NCBI RefSeq assembly: GCF_035084215.1 | Contig: NC_090354.1 | Span: 11,160,001-11,224,000 of the forward strand | Direction: 5' to 3' | DNA length: 64,000 nt | DNA from: Heptranchias perlo | Lineage: Eukaryota | Shown here: piece by piece, positions 39,855 through 52,590 of the stretch | How positions within the stretch are numbered: the first letter of the stretch is position 1 | How the letters are laid out: each line of letters begins with the position of its first letter | Position numbers and translations under genes: made by a program | Notes under the pieces: generated by a model | Database searches by the model: none | Told to the model about the DNA's origin: nothing | What the model saw: only the letters and a program-made list of their open reading frames with translations

Positions 39855-40795
39855 CAAAATATTAATGACTTAGATGAAGGAACAGAGAGCCACATATTCA
39901 AGTTTTCTGTCGACACGAAGTCAGGTGGCACAGTAAGTAGTGTAGATGGGAGCAGAAAGTTGCAAAGTGACACTGATAGATTTAAGTGAGTGGGCAAAAC
40001 TGTGGCAGTATGGAGAAGTGTGAGGTCATCCACTTTGGACCCAAGAAAAATAGATCTGTATTTTCTAAATGGTGAGAAACTAGGAACTGTGGAAGAGTAG
40101 AGGGATTAAGGGGTCCATGCACAGAAATCACTAAAAACTAGTGGACAGGTACAAAAAATAATTAAAAAGGCTAATGGAATGTTGGCCTTTATCTCAAGGG
40201 ATCTGGACTACAAAGGGGTGGAAGTTGTGATGCAGTTTTACAAAGCTCTGGTTAGAATGCATCTGCATTCAGTTCTGGGAACTACACCTCAGGATGGATA
40301 TATTGGCCTTGGAGGGGGAGTAACGCAGATTCACCAGAATGTTACCAGGGCTAAAACGGTTAAATTATGAGGACATGTTGCATTGACTAGGCTTGTATTC
40401 CCTTGAGTATAGAAGATTTAGGGGTGATCTAATTGAGGTGGGTAAGATGATTAAAGGATTTGATAGGATAGATAAAGAGTAACTATTTCCTCTGGTGGGG
40501 GAGTCCAGAACAAGGGGGCATAACCTGAAAATTAGAGCTAGGCCTTCTGGGATGATGTCAGGAAGCACTTCTTCACACAAAGGGTAGTGGAAATCTGGAA
40601 AACTCTCCCTAAAAAGCTGTTGAGGCTGGGTCAACTGAAAATTTCAAAACTGAGATTGATAGATTTTTGTTAGGCAAGAGTATTAAGGATTATGGAACCA
40701 AAGCGGGTAGATGGAGTTAAGATACAGATCAGCCATGATCTAATTGAATGGCAGAACAGACTTGAGCGGATGAATGACCTACTCCTGTTCCTATA
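39855..40795 (+). mobile_element. Degenerate CR1 LINE 3' part
   Basis: INDLDEG, MLAFISR and RFRGDLIEV fragments, plus the CR1 tail cctactcctgttcctat. Confidence 0.9.
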
Positions 40796-41249
40796 TCAAT
40801 GTTAATGAAAGCTCACAGACATTAAAAAGCATGTTGAGTACAGGGCTTTTGAAAACCACATTCTGCTTCTTTAAGTCTGTTCATCAATGACCCTTGGCAC
40901 AACTGGAAGAGCTCTCCTAAGATCGCAAATGGAGGAGAGGATAGATAATAGGTAGCTTTGCCAATCAATCTATCCATCATCCTTAGCGTGCAGGGGACAA
41001 TCACAGCTCCATTCAACTGCAGACTTGTAGCAATACAGTCTGTCAATTTAAACCTTACAACCTAACATTTTCCACATCAACATATCTTGAATCATTTAGG
41101 CTGTATATTTCTACTTTTGCCTTGGGTGTAATTTGTACAACACGTTAATATGAAAAAAATAATCTTTATGAGATCAAATGTAAAATAATGTAAGCAACAG
41201 AGGCTGTCATTGAAATCTATACATTTAAAAAAAACCTGATAATTTGTAC

Positions 41250-41439
41250 CTGTACAAACCGGATGCGTTTGTGACAACCAGTTCATACAAACTGTTTTCC
41301 TTCACTTCATCCATAAACAGTGTTTGTGGTTGTTCTTCATTGCAGAGATCAACAGGAATAAATTCACAAAACATTGATTGTGGACATAGGAGGTAATGTC
41401 GCTCTTCTTTCTCTGGCCACAAATTCACTCCAATGAGAC
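41250..41439 (-). CDS. GHDC: GH3 domain-containing protein, coding exon 3
   Basis: tcttag|GT...AG|gtacaa; LIGVNLWPEKEERHYLLCPQSMFCEFIP...YELVVTNASGLY; 190 nt. Confidence 0.95.
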
Positions 41440-43086
41440 CTAAGAAAAGAAACTTGTGCTATTACAACCAAAATGTACTAGAGATTTTATTTTTAAATGG
41501 TGGTAACTGCACCTTGGACTAGGTCAGGGAAAAAAAAAACAGCCAGAGTTCCCACTCCTGACTGCTATTCAATGATTCCTGCTGGAAAGTATGTGTGTGG
41601 AAATCAGGGGAAGAAAGTATCGGGCTCCGGTTCAGTAGCCTGTCGTCACTCACTGTTTGGTCTCACACGTGAAGACTGACTGATTGGGAGAGATGGTGGA
41701 TGGCTGCCTGCACTTGTGCAACCCAAGAGGCAACTCCTTCAGGACAGAATGGGAGGAAATTGGAAACGGTTTACTCCACTTTCCTTAAGATTGAAAATGT
41801 GCCTCCAGGCAGTCAACTCTACAAGATTATGACCAAAGCACCATCATAAGCCAAAACCTCCACATCAATTCCAGGAACCCAAGAGCTCCTGCAGCTGCAC
41901 ATCAATATTTTAAATTAGTACCAAAGGTCGACACATAGAAGTTACAACATGGAAACAGGCTGTTTGGCCCAATCAATCCATGTTGGCATTCACCTTCCAC
42001 ACCAGCAATACAGAATGCTAGCTGTGAGGCTTCAGTCACTGCTTCCCCTGCCCCTTGAATTGTATCCCAGATATTACACTTACATTGCAGAATTTCTTCT
42101 GCCTGCCTGTTTACATAGCTGTAGAAGTCACAGCAGCAGCTGCACTGGGGAAATAATCGCACCAGCTCAATGTTGATAAGTTGAGTTGGTGATTTAAATC
42201 TTTCAGAGGGATAATTTCTGATGTAGAAAATGGGTCTGTGCAGGCCAGTCATACAAAAAGCACACTGTTGCCACATAAAAGGGGCTAGGAAGTCATCTTA
42301 GATAACAAACAAACAAGTACAAGCACCCAGAACTTGCAATACACACTGAATGGAAGAATCTAGCCATGTAAAATTGCTTTAACTGAAAGAATTTAAAAAT
42401 GAATCTGTTCTTGGATATTTTGAAGGGCCGTAATTTCTGCCTAGTTTTCCTTGATGTCATAGTCACCAATATGATAGAAGAAAGATATCCAATTGTCAGC
42501 TCCTTGACCGAAGGTGTGCGTCATGTCACACTGTTGATCGTGATAATCTGTTAAGTTAACCGAACAAGTTTGATAAAAACAACTGAATTTTATGACTGAA
42601 AAACATGAGACTGCACCCCGACATTGTTTTATGATGGAGACAATCAGTGGAAATATGATTACGTTGACTACAGTTTTATAACACTACATAACATTTTTGA
42701 GACTCAAACACAAGGTGAAATGCCCCTCGATTCTGTGGGTGGGAACAACAGAAAGTCAACCTGCGCCAGGCAGTTACGCTTTAGACCCTGTTTAAAATCC
42801 ACCTCTGACCAAGCTTTTGGTCACCGCTTCTAATCTTTCCATCTTTGGCTTGCCGTCCGTTTTACCGTATGCTTTTTTAAACTGCCTTGGGATGATTTTC
42901 TATGTTAAAGGCGCTACATAAATTCAAGTTGTTGTTAACAGGTGAGTACAGACCAAAATTGATGGAGCCTGTGGGCAGGTTGACTCACGAGCCTGACCTT
43001 GGGGAGAAGGGAACCAAAAGAAAGGCAAAAAAACTTCAAAAACAGCAGGTAAGGTAACATGGTGATACTGAGAGATCCATCACTAC

Positions 43087-43699
43087 CTTCAGTGGCTGCA
43101 TAAACTGGAGAGTAAATAGGGACTCCTTCACAGTAGAACTGTTTCAGATGACTTCCATACAATTCATTTGAGCCAGAATCCACAGCAAGAACCAAGTTGA
43201 GGTGGGGCCACACTCTGCGAGCAATACCTCGAAATCCACTCCCAAACTCTGCAGCCAGTTCTGAGGCCCTTCGAGGATCAGGCTTTAACTGAGCACTGAG
43301 CTTCAGGCGAACATCATCAGTAATCTTCAGCTTGGGATTTACGTGTCCCAGCCTAATATCCTCAATCAATTCCTCCCACTTACTCTGCAGAAAAGCAAAA
43401 CTGTGATAAACTATGGAAGCAAAATTAGCCTCCAGCATTCCCAATGTTCTCTCTTTCAGGGCAAAAAGTAGATGAACATACAGTGCCTCAGGTTCAGCAG
43501 TAATTTCAAATCCAGCCGCTGGTGTTGAGTACATATTGAACTTGTGCTTGGAAGTCATGGAAGAGAGGCAGTTTGGGCCAATTGGAATTCCTGATTCTGA
43601 ATGACTCCAATTAGAGGGGTAGAAAAACTTTGCAGTCCTCTGTAAATTTCCAGTCTGTGGGTAGACATTAAGCATTGAATTAAAGCACATTCCAAAGCC
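43087..43699 (-). CDS. GHDC: GH3 domain-containing protein, coding exon 2
   Basis: ttccag|GGC...GAAG|gtagtg; includes FRGIARRVWPHLNLVLAVDSG and YSPVYAATE; 613 nt. Confidence 0.95.
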
Positions 43700-44854
43700 C
43701 TGGAATGAGAAAAAAAAACAGTAGTTTTAGTTGGTAATAAAACAAAGCACTGACAGCAAACAGTTTCAAAATACTGGAGAAATTACAGTACATGATGGTT
43801 ACTTACGTGGAATATATGTCTCATTCTAATTACTGGAACTACTTAGCCTTTGAAAATTTGTTTGAAGAGAACATTCAAGTTGTAAATGTCACACACGAAT
43901 GGCCTAATGAGCATCATCACTACTTCCAGCTGAATTGGAACTAATCTGCAAAGATTGAACCCTGCCATTAAACCCTTTTAACCTCTATACCCAATTAAGA
44001 TTACCTCATTTTTAATGTACAGTGTAAACAGAATTGGGAAGATATGATTGATAGCCCACTCGTGGTGCTAACCGGGAACAGTCAGATCAGCTCATGAGTA
44101 GGATATAAATCACATCCCTCTGCTTTCAATATATTCTTAATTTTTCCAGTGAGATTTTAAATTATTAACACAATATAATCAATAATACCTTCATGTTGTA
44201 ATAATCCCTCAGAAGTTTTCCAATATTTTATTATTACTAAGTTTTGTTAGATGCATCACTCATTAAATAGCCCATGGGTCAACTGCAGTCCTCAAGACTT
44301 TTCTTGGCCTTCGGTCCAGATGCACATATTTCAGCCCCATCAGTGTCAGTGTGTTGCAGGAGTGACTCAGTCATGCAATGTCTTTCTCATAAGTCTTAAA
44401 AACACCTGAAATGTGCAGTATGGCCACAGTAATGCCAAGTAATAAAGAAGGAAGTCAACATATTCAGTCCCCAGCAAACAAATGGCCAAATTATAAATAG
44501 ACAAACAGTGAAATCTGATCAACAAAACACTGGTAAACATCGGGGAATACCCTGTGGAATTTAATTTACTCATTCACCATAATCCAATGGCCCTAGTGAT
44601 GGTTTTGTTTGAATTCCAATTTTGTCAATGTTTGATGAAGGTTTAGTGTAAAAATCTCCCTGAAACCAACAAACGTTCCCAAAAATGAGCTATGAACACA
44701 GGAGGCATCTAATCTTCTTAGCATCAGTATGCACTGGAGTGCTGGAGCACACACTGAGGGAGCATTGAATGCACTGATCGGATATGGACTGAAGATATAT
44801 GCCTTAACACAAAGGATGAGTCACCTTCTCAGTTGTAAATTGAAGACACACACA

Positions 44855-45810
44855 CAAGTTATTGAAATCAATGTTGAGTCCGGTAGGTTGTAAAGTGCCA
44901 AAACAAAAGATGAGATGCTGTTCCTCGAGCTTAAGTTGAGTTTCATTCAAACAGTGTAAGAGGCCAAGGACAGAGAATTCAGCGTGGGAGTGGGAGTGGG
45001 ATGGGGAATTAAAATGGCAAGCGACTGGCAGGTCAGGGTCATGCTTGTGGACAGAGCGGAGGCATTCAGCAAAGCGATCAGCCAATCTGCATTTGGTCTC
45101 CCCAGTGTGGAGGAGACCGCATTGTGAGCAGCGAATACGGGTATACTAAATTGAAAGTAGTAAAAGTAAATCGCTGTTTCACCTGGAAGGAATGTTTGGG
45201 GCCCTGAACAGTGGGAAGGGAGAAGGTGAAGGGGCAGGTGTTGCATCTCCTGCGCTCGCATGGGAAGATGCTGTGGAGCGGAGAGTGGGTGTTGGGGGCG
45301 ATGGAAGAGTGGACCCAGGGTGTCGCGGAGGGAGTGGTCCCTTCGGAATGCTGAAAGGGGAGGGGAGGGGGAAGATGCGTTTAGTGGTGGGATCATGCTG
45401 GAGATGGCATGTTGAATGTGGAGGCTGGTGGAGTGGAAGGTGAGGACAGGGGGGAACCCAGAAATGGGGATAGAGAAGTTGAAGAAGGGAAGAGAAGAGT
45501 CGGAAATGGACCATGTGAAGGCGAGGGAAGGGTGGAAATTGGAAGCAGAGTTGATGAAATTTTCCAGTATGGGGCAAGAGCAGGAAGTGGCACCGATACA
45601 ATCAATGTACTGGAAAAAGAGGTGAGGGAGGGGATCTGAATAATACTGGAACAAGGAATGTTCCACTTATCCCTCAAAAAGGAAGGCATAGCTGGGACCC
45701 ATACAGGTTCCAATAGTGACACCTTTTATTTGGAGGAAGTGAGTGGAGTCAAAGGAGAAAGTATTCAATGTAACAACAAGTTTAGCCAGGTGGAGGAGGG
45801 TGGTACACTG
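44855..45810 (-). mobile_element. Penelope-like element body (RT and GIY-YIG endonuclease remnants)
   Basis: LNTFSFDSTHFLQIKGVTIGTCMGPSYA (PLE-type RT) and DRFAECLRSV..LPVACHFNSPSH..EEQHLIFCFGTLQPTGLNIDF (GIY-YIG C-terminus). Confidence 0.9.
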
Positions 45811-46014
45811 CTTACCAGCCCTTTCACCTCCCCCCTTCCCACCGTCCAGGGTCCCAAACACTCCTTCCAGGTGAAACAGCGGTTTACTTCTTCCACTGTT
45901 CCAATGAAGCTCAATGTAAGCTCAAGGAACAGCACCTCATCTTTCGTTTAGGCACTTTACAACCTTCCGTCTAGGCACTTTACAACCTTCCGTCTCAATG
46001 TTGATTTCAGTAAC
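45811..46014 (+). mobile_element. Inverted Penelope pLTR, left part (split by a LINE insertion)
   Basis: Diverged inverted copy of 44860-45235 with an internal deletion and a 23-bp tandem duplication at 45949-45994. Confidence 0.8.
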
Positions 46015-48790
46015 TGACATAGCCACACTCACAGAATCATACCTTTCAGCCAATGTCCCAGACTCTTCCATCACCATCCCTGGGTATATCCTGTCCCACC
46101 GGCAGGACAGACCGACCAGAGGTGGCGGTACAGTGATATACAGTCAGGAGGGAGGGGCCCTGGGAGTCCTCCACATTGATCTGGACACCATGAAATCTCA
46201 TGGCATCAGGTCAAACATGGGCAAGGAAACCTCCTGCTGATTATCACCTACCGCCCTCCCTCAGCTGATTCATCAGTCCTCCTCCATGTTGAACACCACT
46301 TGGAGGAAGCACAGAGGGTAGCAAGGGCACAGAATGTACTCTGGGTGGGGGACTTCAATGTCCATCACCAAGAGTGGCTCGGTAGCATCACTACTGACCG
46401 AACTGGCCGAGTCCTAAAGGACATGGCTGCCAGACTGGGCCTGCGGCAGGTGGTGAGCGAACCAACACGAGGGAAAAACTTACTTGACCTCGTTCTCACC
46501 AATCTACCTGTTGCAAATGCATCTGTCCATGACAGTATTGGTAGGAGTGACCACCGCACAGTTCTCGTGGAGATGAAGTCCTGTCTTCGCACTGAGGGCA
46601 CCATCCAACGTGTTGTGTGGCACTACCACCATGCACCATGCTGATAGATTCAGAACAGATCGAGCAGCTCAAAATTGGGCATCCATGAGGCGCTGTGGGC
46701 CATCAGCAGCAGCAGAATTGTATTCCAGCACAATCTGTAACCTCATGGCCCGGCATATTCCTCACTCTACCATTACCAACAAACCAGGGGATCAACCCTG
46801 GTTCAATGAGGAGTGTAGAAGAGCACATCAGGAGCAGCACCAGGCGTACCTAAAAATGAGGTGCCAACCTGGTGAAGCTACAACTCAGGACTACATGCAT
46901 GCTAAACAGTGGAAGCAACATGCTATAGACAGAGCTAAGCGATTCCACAACCAACGGATCAGATTAAAGCTCTGCAGTCCTGCCACATCCAGTCGTGATT
47001 GTGGTGGACAATTAAACAACCAACGGGAGGAGGAGGCTCTGTAAACATCCCCATCCTCAACGATGGCGGAGTCCAGCACGTGAGTGCAAAAGACAAGGCT
47101 GAAGCGTTTGCAACCATCTTCAGCCAGAAGTGCCGAGTGGATGATCCATCTTGGCCTCCTCCCGATATACCCACCATAACAGAAGCCAGTCTTCAGCCAA
47201 TTCGATTCACTCCACGTGATATCAAGAAACGGCTGAGTACACTGGATACAGCAAAGGCTATGGGCCCCGACAACATCCCAGCTGTAGTGCTGAAGACTTG
47301 TGCTCCAGAACTAGCTGCGCCTCTAGCCAAGCTGTTCCAGTACAGCTACAACACTGGCATCCACCCGACAATGTGGAAAATTGCCCAGGTATGTCCTGTC
47401 CACAAAAAGCAGGACAAATCCAATCCGGCCAATTATTGCCCCATCAGTCTACTATCAATCATCAGCAAAGTGATGGAAGGTGTCGTCGACAGTGCTATCA
47501 AGCGGCACTTACTCACCAATAACCTGCTCACCGATGCTCAGTTTGGGTTCCGCCAGGACCACTCGGCTCCAGACCTCATTACAGCCTTGGTCCAAACATG
47601 GACAAAAGAGCTGAATTCCAGAGGTGAGGTGAAAGTGACTGCCCTTGACATCAAGGCAGCATTTGACCGAGTGTGGCACCAAGGAGCCGTAGTAAAATTT
47701 AAATCAATGGGAATCAGGGGGAAAACTCTCCAGTGGCTGGAGTCATACCTAACGCAAAGAAAGATGGTAGTGGTTGTTGGAGGCCAATCATCTCAGCCCC
47801 AGAACATTGCTGCAGGAGTTCCTGAAGGCAGTGTCCTAGGCCCAACCATCTTCAGCTGCTTCATCAATGACCTTCCCTCCATCATAAGGTCAGAAATGGG
47901 GATGTTCGCTGATGATTGCACATTGTTCAGTTCCATTCGCAACACCTCAGATAATGAAGCAGTCCGAGCCCGCATGCAGCAAGACCTGGGCAACATCCAG
48001 GCTTGGGCTCATAAGTGGCAAGTAACATTCGCGCCAGACAAGTGCCAGGCAATGACCATCTCCAACAAGAGAGAGTCTAACCACCTCCCCTTGACATTCA
48101 ACAGCACTACCATCGCCAAATCCCCCACTATCAACATCCTGGGGGTCACCATTGACCAGAAACTTAACTGGAGCAGCCATATAAATACTGTGGCTACAAG
48201 AGCAGGTCAGAGGCTGGGTATTCTGCAGCTAATGACTCACCTCCTGACTCTCCAAAGCCTTTCCACCATCTACAAGGCACAAGTCAGGAGTGTGATGGAA
48301 TACTCTCCACTTGCTTGGATGAGTGCAGCTCCAACAACACTCAAGAAGCTCGACACCATCCAGGACAAAGCAGCCCGCTTGATTGGCACCCCATCCACCA
48401 CCCTAAACATTCACTCCCTTCACCACTGGCGCACAGTGGCTGCAATGTGTACCATCCACAGGATGCACTGCAGCAACTCGCGAAGGATTCTTCGACAGCA
48501 CCTCCCAAACCCGCGACCTCTACCACCTAGGACAAGAGCAGCAGGTACATGCGAACAACACCACCTGCACGTTCACCTCCAAGTCACAAACCACCCTAAC
48601 TTGGAAATATATTGCCGTTCCTTCATCGTCGCTGGGTCAAGATCCTGGAACTCCCTTCTTAACAGCACTGTGGGAGAACCTTCACCACATGGACTGCAGC
48701 GGTTCAAGAAGGCGGCTCACCACCAGGGATGGGCAATAAATGCCGGCCTCGCCAGCGACGCCCACATCCCATGAACGAATAAAAAAAAAA
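46015..48790 (+). mobile_element. L2/CR1-group LINE with near-complete APE-RT ORF2
   Basis: APE motifs (LTESYL, RGGG, VGDFN, LDLVLTN, SDH), then a 591-aa RT ORF (NYCPISLLS, DIKAAFDRVWH, GVPEGSVLGP, FADD). A few frameshifts; 3' A-tail. Confidence 0.95.
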
Positions 48791-49148
48791 CTTCAGACCA
48801 TAACCACTGCTCCCATTTTTTTTGGGCAACAGCTGCTGGTTATGGTTCTGTTGTTGCCATTTACAGCTCCACTAAACCGATCTTTTGTTTCTTAACCTGT
48901 CCCATTACCACCCTCCTTGCCTTGCACCATCATCCCTTTTGTCATTTAATCACTCTTGCCCTATCATAGACCTTCCCTTTTGTTCTTTCCTCCCCTCCCT
49001 CCTCTTTCCCTGACTCTGTACTTGCTTAAAAACTTTAACATCTTCCAGTTCTGACGAAAGATCTTTGACCTGAAACATAACTCTGTTTCTTTCTCCACAG
49101 ATGCTGCCTCACTTGCTGAGCTTTTCCAGCATTTTCTGTTTTTATTTC
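48791..49148 (+). mobile_element. Penelope pLTR right part with degenerate hammerhead motif (49047-49081)
   Basis: Continues the sequence interrupted at 46014. agtt-CTGACGA-A-AGATC(TTT)GACCT-GAAACAT-aact is followed by ctccacagatgctgcc...tccagcattttctgtt. Confidence 0.8.
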
Positions 49149-49553
49149 CGATCCTTTGCTCCGTTGTTCAATGAAGAACAATGAAATGGACACACAGGTA
49201 CACTGAAATACAGACATTTGTAGACCTCCCTTTGCCTTGCTAATACACGGTCGCATTCCAGTCCCACACACCTCTCTCTGTGCAAAGACACATTCTGGGT
49301 CCACACCACACCCCCTGGTTATACTCCAGTCAACTGCGCTTTTTTTTGCTCAAATTTCACTGATTTTTCTGATTATGATTTGTACAGGAAATGGTGTTCA
49401 TAGTATGCCAGGTTACCTTTTATTTCTAATTTATATTTTTAAAAAGTTTCCTGGTGTATATATGCAAATAATGTATCTAAATAAAAGATAATTAGTTTAG
49501 ATGTAAATTGGAGTTCTCCCATGGCATTGTTCATAGCCAGTTGGATGGAAAGT

Positions 49554-52260
49554 CATTGGGGCAGAAATTGCTTGCAAAATAACAGTGAGTTCAACAACAC
49601 TCACCGTTGTTAGTAGCGAAATGGAGGAGCAAGTTCCGGTGTGTTCGCACATGCACAGTGAAACATGGAAATCCAGAACTTGCTCCTAGTGGTTTGCCAG
49701 CTATGTGACAGTTATGAATTAAAGGTATATCACACGCTGCAATCAGAGAAATCTTTGAAAAAGCACCAACTTGCTCATCTGCCCACCTGGAAAGTAACTA
49801 ATATCGCCGCAAAACAGGTAAGCTTAAAAATACCAGGTCTAAACTAAGTTTTAATGACTGCCAAACAACTAAAAATTAACTTTTACAAATATAAGAACAT
49901 AAGAAATAGGAGCAGGAGAAGGCCAATCGACCCCTCAAGCCTGCTCCACCATTCAATATCATGGCTGATCTGATCCCAACCACAAATCTAATGAACACAA
50001 AAAGTAGGAGCAGGTCCCGGCCACTCAGCCCCTGGGCCCTCTCCGCCACCCACAGGGCCTTGACCGATCCGAACTCAGCTTCATGTCCAATTTCCTGCCC
50101 GCTCCCCATAACCCCTAATTCCCTTTACTTGTAGGAAACTGTCTATTTCTGTTTTAAATGTATCTAATGATGTAGCTTCCACAGCTTCCTGGGGCAGCAA
50201 ATTCCACAGACCTACTACCCTCTGAGTGAAGAAGTTTCTCCTCATCTCAGTTTTGAAAGAGCAGCTCCTTATTCTAAGATTATGCCCCCTAGTTCTAGTT
50301 TCACCCATCTTTGGGAACATCCTTACCGCATCCACCCGATCAAGCCCCTTCACAATCTTATATGTTTCAATAAGATCGCCTCTCATTCTTCTGAACTCCA
50401 ATGAGTAGAGTCCCAATCGACTCAACCTCTCCTCATATGTCCGCCCCCTCATCCCCGGGATTAACCGAGTGAACCTTCTTTGTACTGCCTCGAGAGCAAG
50501 TATGTCTTTTCTTAACTATGGACACCAAAACTGTATGCAGTGTTCCAGGTGCGGTCTCACCAATACCTTATATCACTGCAGCAATACCTCCCTGTTTTTA
50601 TATTCTATCCCCCTAGCAATAAAAGCCAACATTCCATTGGCCTTCTTGATCACCTGCTGCACCTGCATACTAACTTTTTGATTTTCTTGCAATAGGACCC
50701 CCAGATCCCTTTGTGCTGCAGTACTTTCCAATTTCTCGCCATTAAGATAATAACTTGCTCTCTGATTTTTCCTGCCAAAGTGCATAACCTCACATTTTCC
50801 AATATTATATTGCATCTGCCAAATCTCCGCCCACTCACCCAGCCTGTCTATATCCCCTTGTAGGTTTTTTATGTCCTCCTCACTCTCTGCTTTCCCTCCC
50901 ATCTTTGTATCATCTGCAAATTTTGATATGTTACACTCGGTCCCCTCCTCCAAATCGTTAATATAGATTGTAAAGAGTTGGGGACCCAGCACCGACCCCT
51001 GCGGAACACCACTGGTTACTGGTTGCCAGTCCGAGAATGAACCATTTATCCCAATCCTCCACCCATGCCAGAATATTACCCCCAATCCAGTGATTCTTTA
51101 TCTTGAGCAATAATCTTTTATGTGGCACCTTGTCGAATGCCTTCTGGAAGTCTAAATACACTACGTCCACTGGTTCCCCTTTATCCACCCTGTACATTAT
51201 GTCCTCAAAGAACTCAAGCAAATTTGTCAGACATGACTTCCCCTTCGTAAAGCCATGCTGACTTTGTCCTATTAAATTATGCTTATCCAAATGTTCCACT
51301 ACTGTCTCCTTAATAATAGACTCCAAAATTTTACCCACCACAGATGTTAGGCTAACTGGCCTATAATTTCCAGCCTTCTGCCTACTACCCTTTTTAAATA
51401 ACGGTGTTACATTAGCAGTTTTCCAATCTGCCAGGACCTTTCCTGAGTCCAGGGAATTTTGGAAAATTATTACCAAAGCATCCACAATCCCTACTGCCAC
51501 TTCCCTCAAGACCCTAGGATGTAAGCCATGAGGTCCAGGGGATTTATCCGCTTTGAGTCCTGTTAATTTACTGAGTAACATCTCCTTAGTGATTTTAATC
51601 GTATTTAGCTCCTCCCCCCCCTAGAGCCCCCTGTTTGTCCAGTGTTGGGATATTCTTAGTGTCCTCTACCGTAAAGACTGAAACAAAATATTTGTTCAGC
51701 ATTTTTGCCATCTCCATGTTTCCCACCATTAATTTCCTGGTCTCATCCTCTAAGGGACCTACGTTCGCCTTGGCCACCCTTTTTCTTTTCATATAACTAT
51801 AGAAACTCTTGCTATCTGTTTTTATATTTTTTTGCTAAATATGAAGTATCATAACTCCTTATTTTAATAGTATATGGTCATAATAAAATTTAAATTAAAA
51901 AATGTTAATTTTTTTCCCTTCTCTATTTAATTCAATTATTTCTTATCCTCTTTTTTTTTCCACGGTCTATAACTGTTCTTACAATGATTTTAAGGTTGTA
52001 CCTTTGACTTCCTGGTTTTCAAGTTGGAAGCCCGCAGAGCTTATCAAAAATGCTGCAATCTGATTGTTCAAGGGGAGATTATCAATCCCCTCACTTCTTC
52101 CACAGGTCTTAGCTTCACATGAACTGACGCTGGGCTCGTCTCCATTTCCTATTCAAGGAAGTGCCCGAAGCAAAGACGGTGGTAGGCTAGTGCATTAGTA
52201 TAAATCTATGGAGCAGCGAGCACTGTTCGTTTGCCGCTCCTGGCCATTTCTGCCCCAATG
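49554..52260. mobile_element. MITE-like element with 15-bp terminal inverted repeats, split by a CR1
   Basis: cattggggcagaaat (49554-49568) and atttctgccccaatg (52246-52260) are perfect reverse complements. Non-coding arms at about 49554-49888 and 51836-52260. Confidence 0.7.
49889..51835 (-). mobile_element. CR1 LINE (RT region plus 3' UTR)
   Basis: ORFs 50958-51581, 50573-51085 and 50081-50452 carry KSPGPHGLHPR, LDFQKAFDKVPH, GVPQGSVLGP, FADDTK. Confidence 0.95.
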
Positions 52261-52590
52261 GAAATAAAAATCTGGATAGATGCAAAAGAGGCTGCCAATT
52301 CGCTATCACCCATTTTACATTATCGCACAAAGTCAAAATCTATCCCAAGGCCTCAGCTCACAAGAAATGGTCACTTGGGCAAGGTACCCAGAGGTGAATG
52401 GCACTCATGGAACTGCACCCCAAAAAAGAGTCAATAACCTCAGGAGAAGAGCTGGGGAGGGGTGAATGAGAAAGTTGCCAGGGAAAGGTGGGAGAAGGGG
52501 GGGGGGAAAAAATCTTCGTTAGGTTTTGGGTAAGTCAAGCATCAAACACAAGCATATTTACATACTTCATATAACAAGAGTTACCAATAC

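Noticed and set aside
44947-45722. Pro/Ser-rich overlapping ORFs as novel proteins
   Set aside because: Alternative frames of a decayed Penelope-like element.
46999-48774. 591-aa ORF as a host gene
   Set aside because: It is LINE reverse transcriptase, with frameshifted upstream APE pieces and an A-tail.
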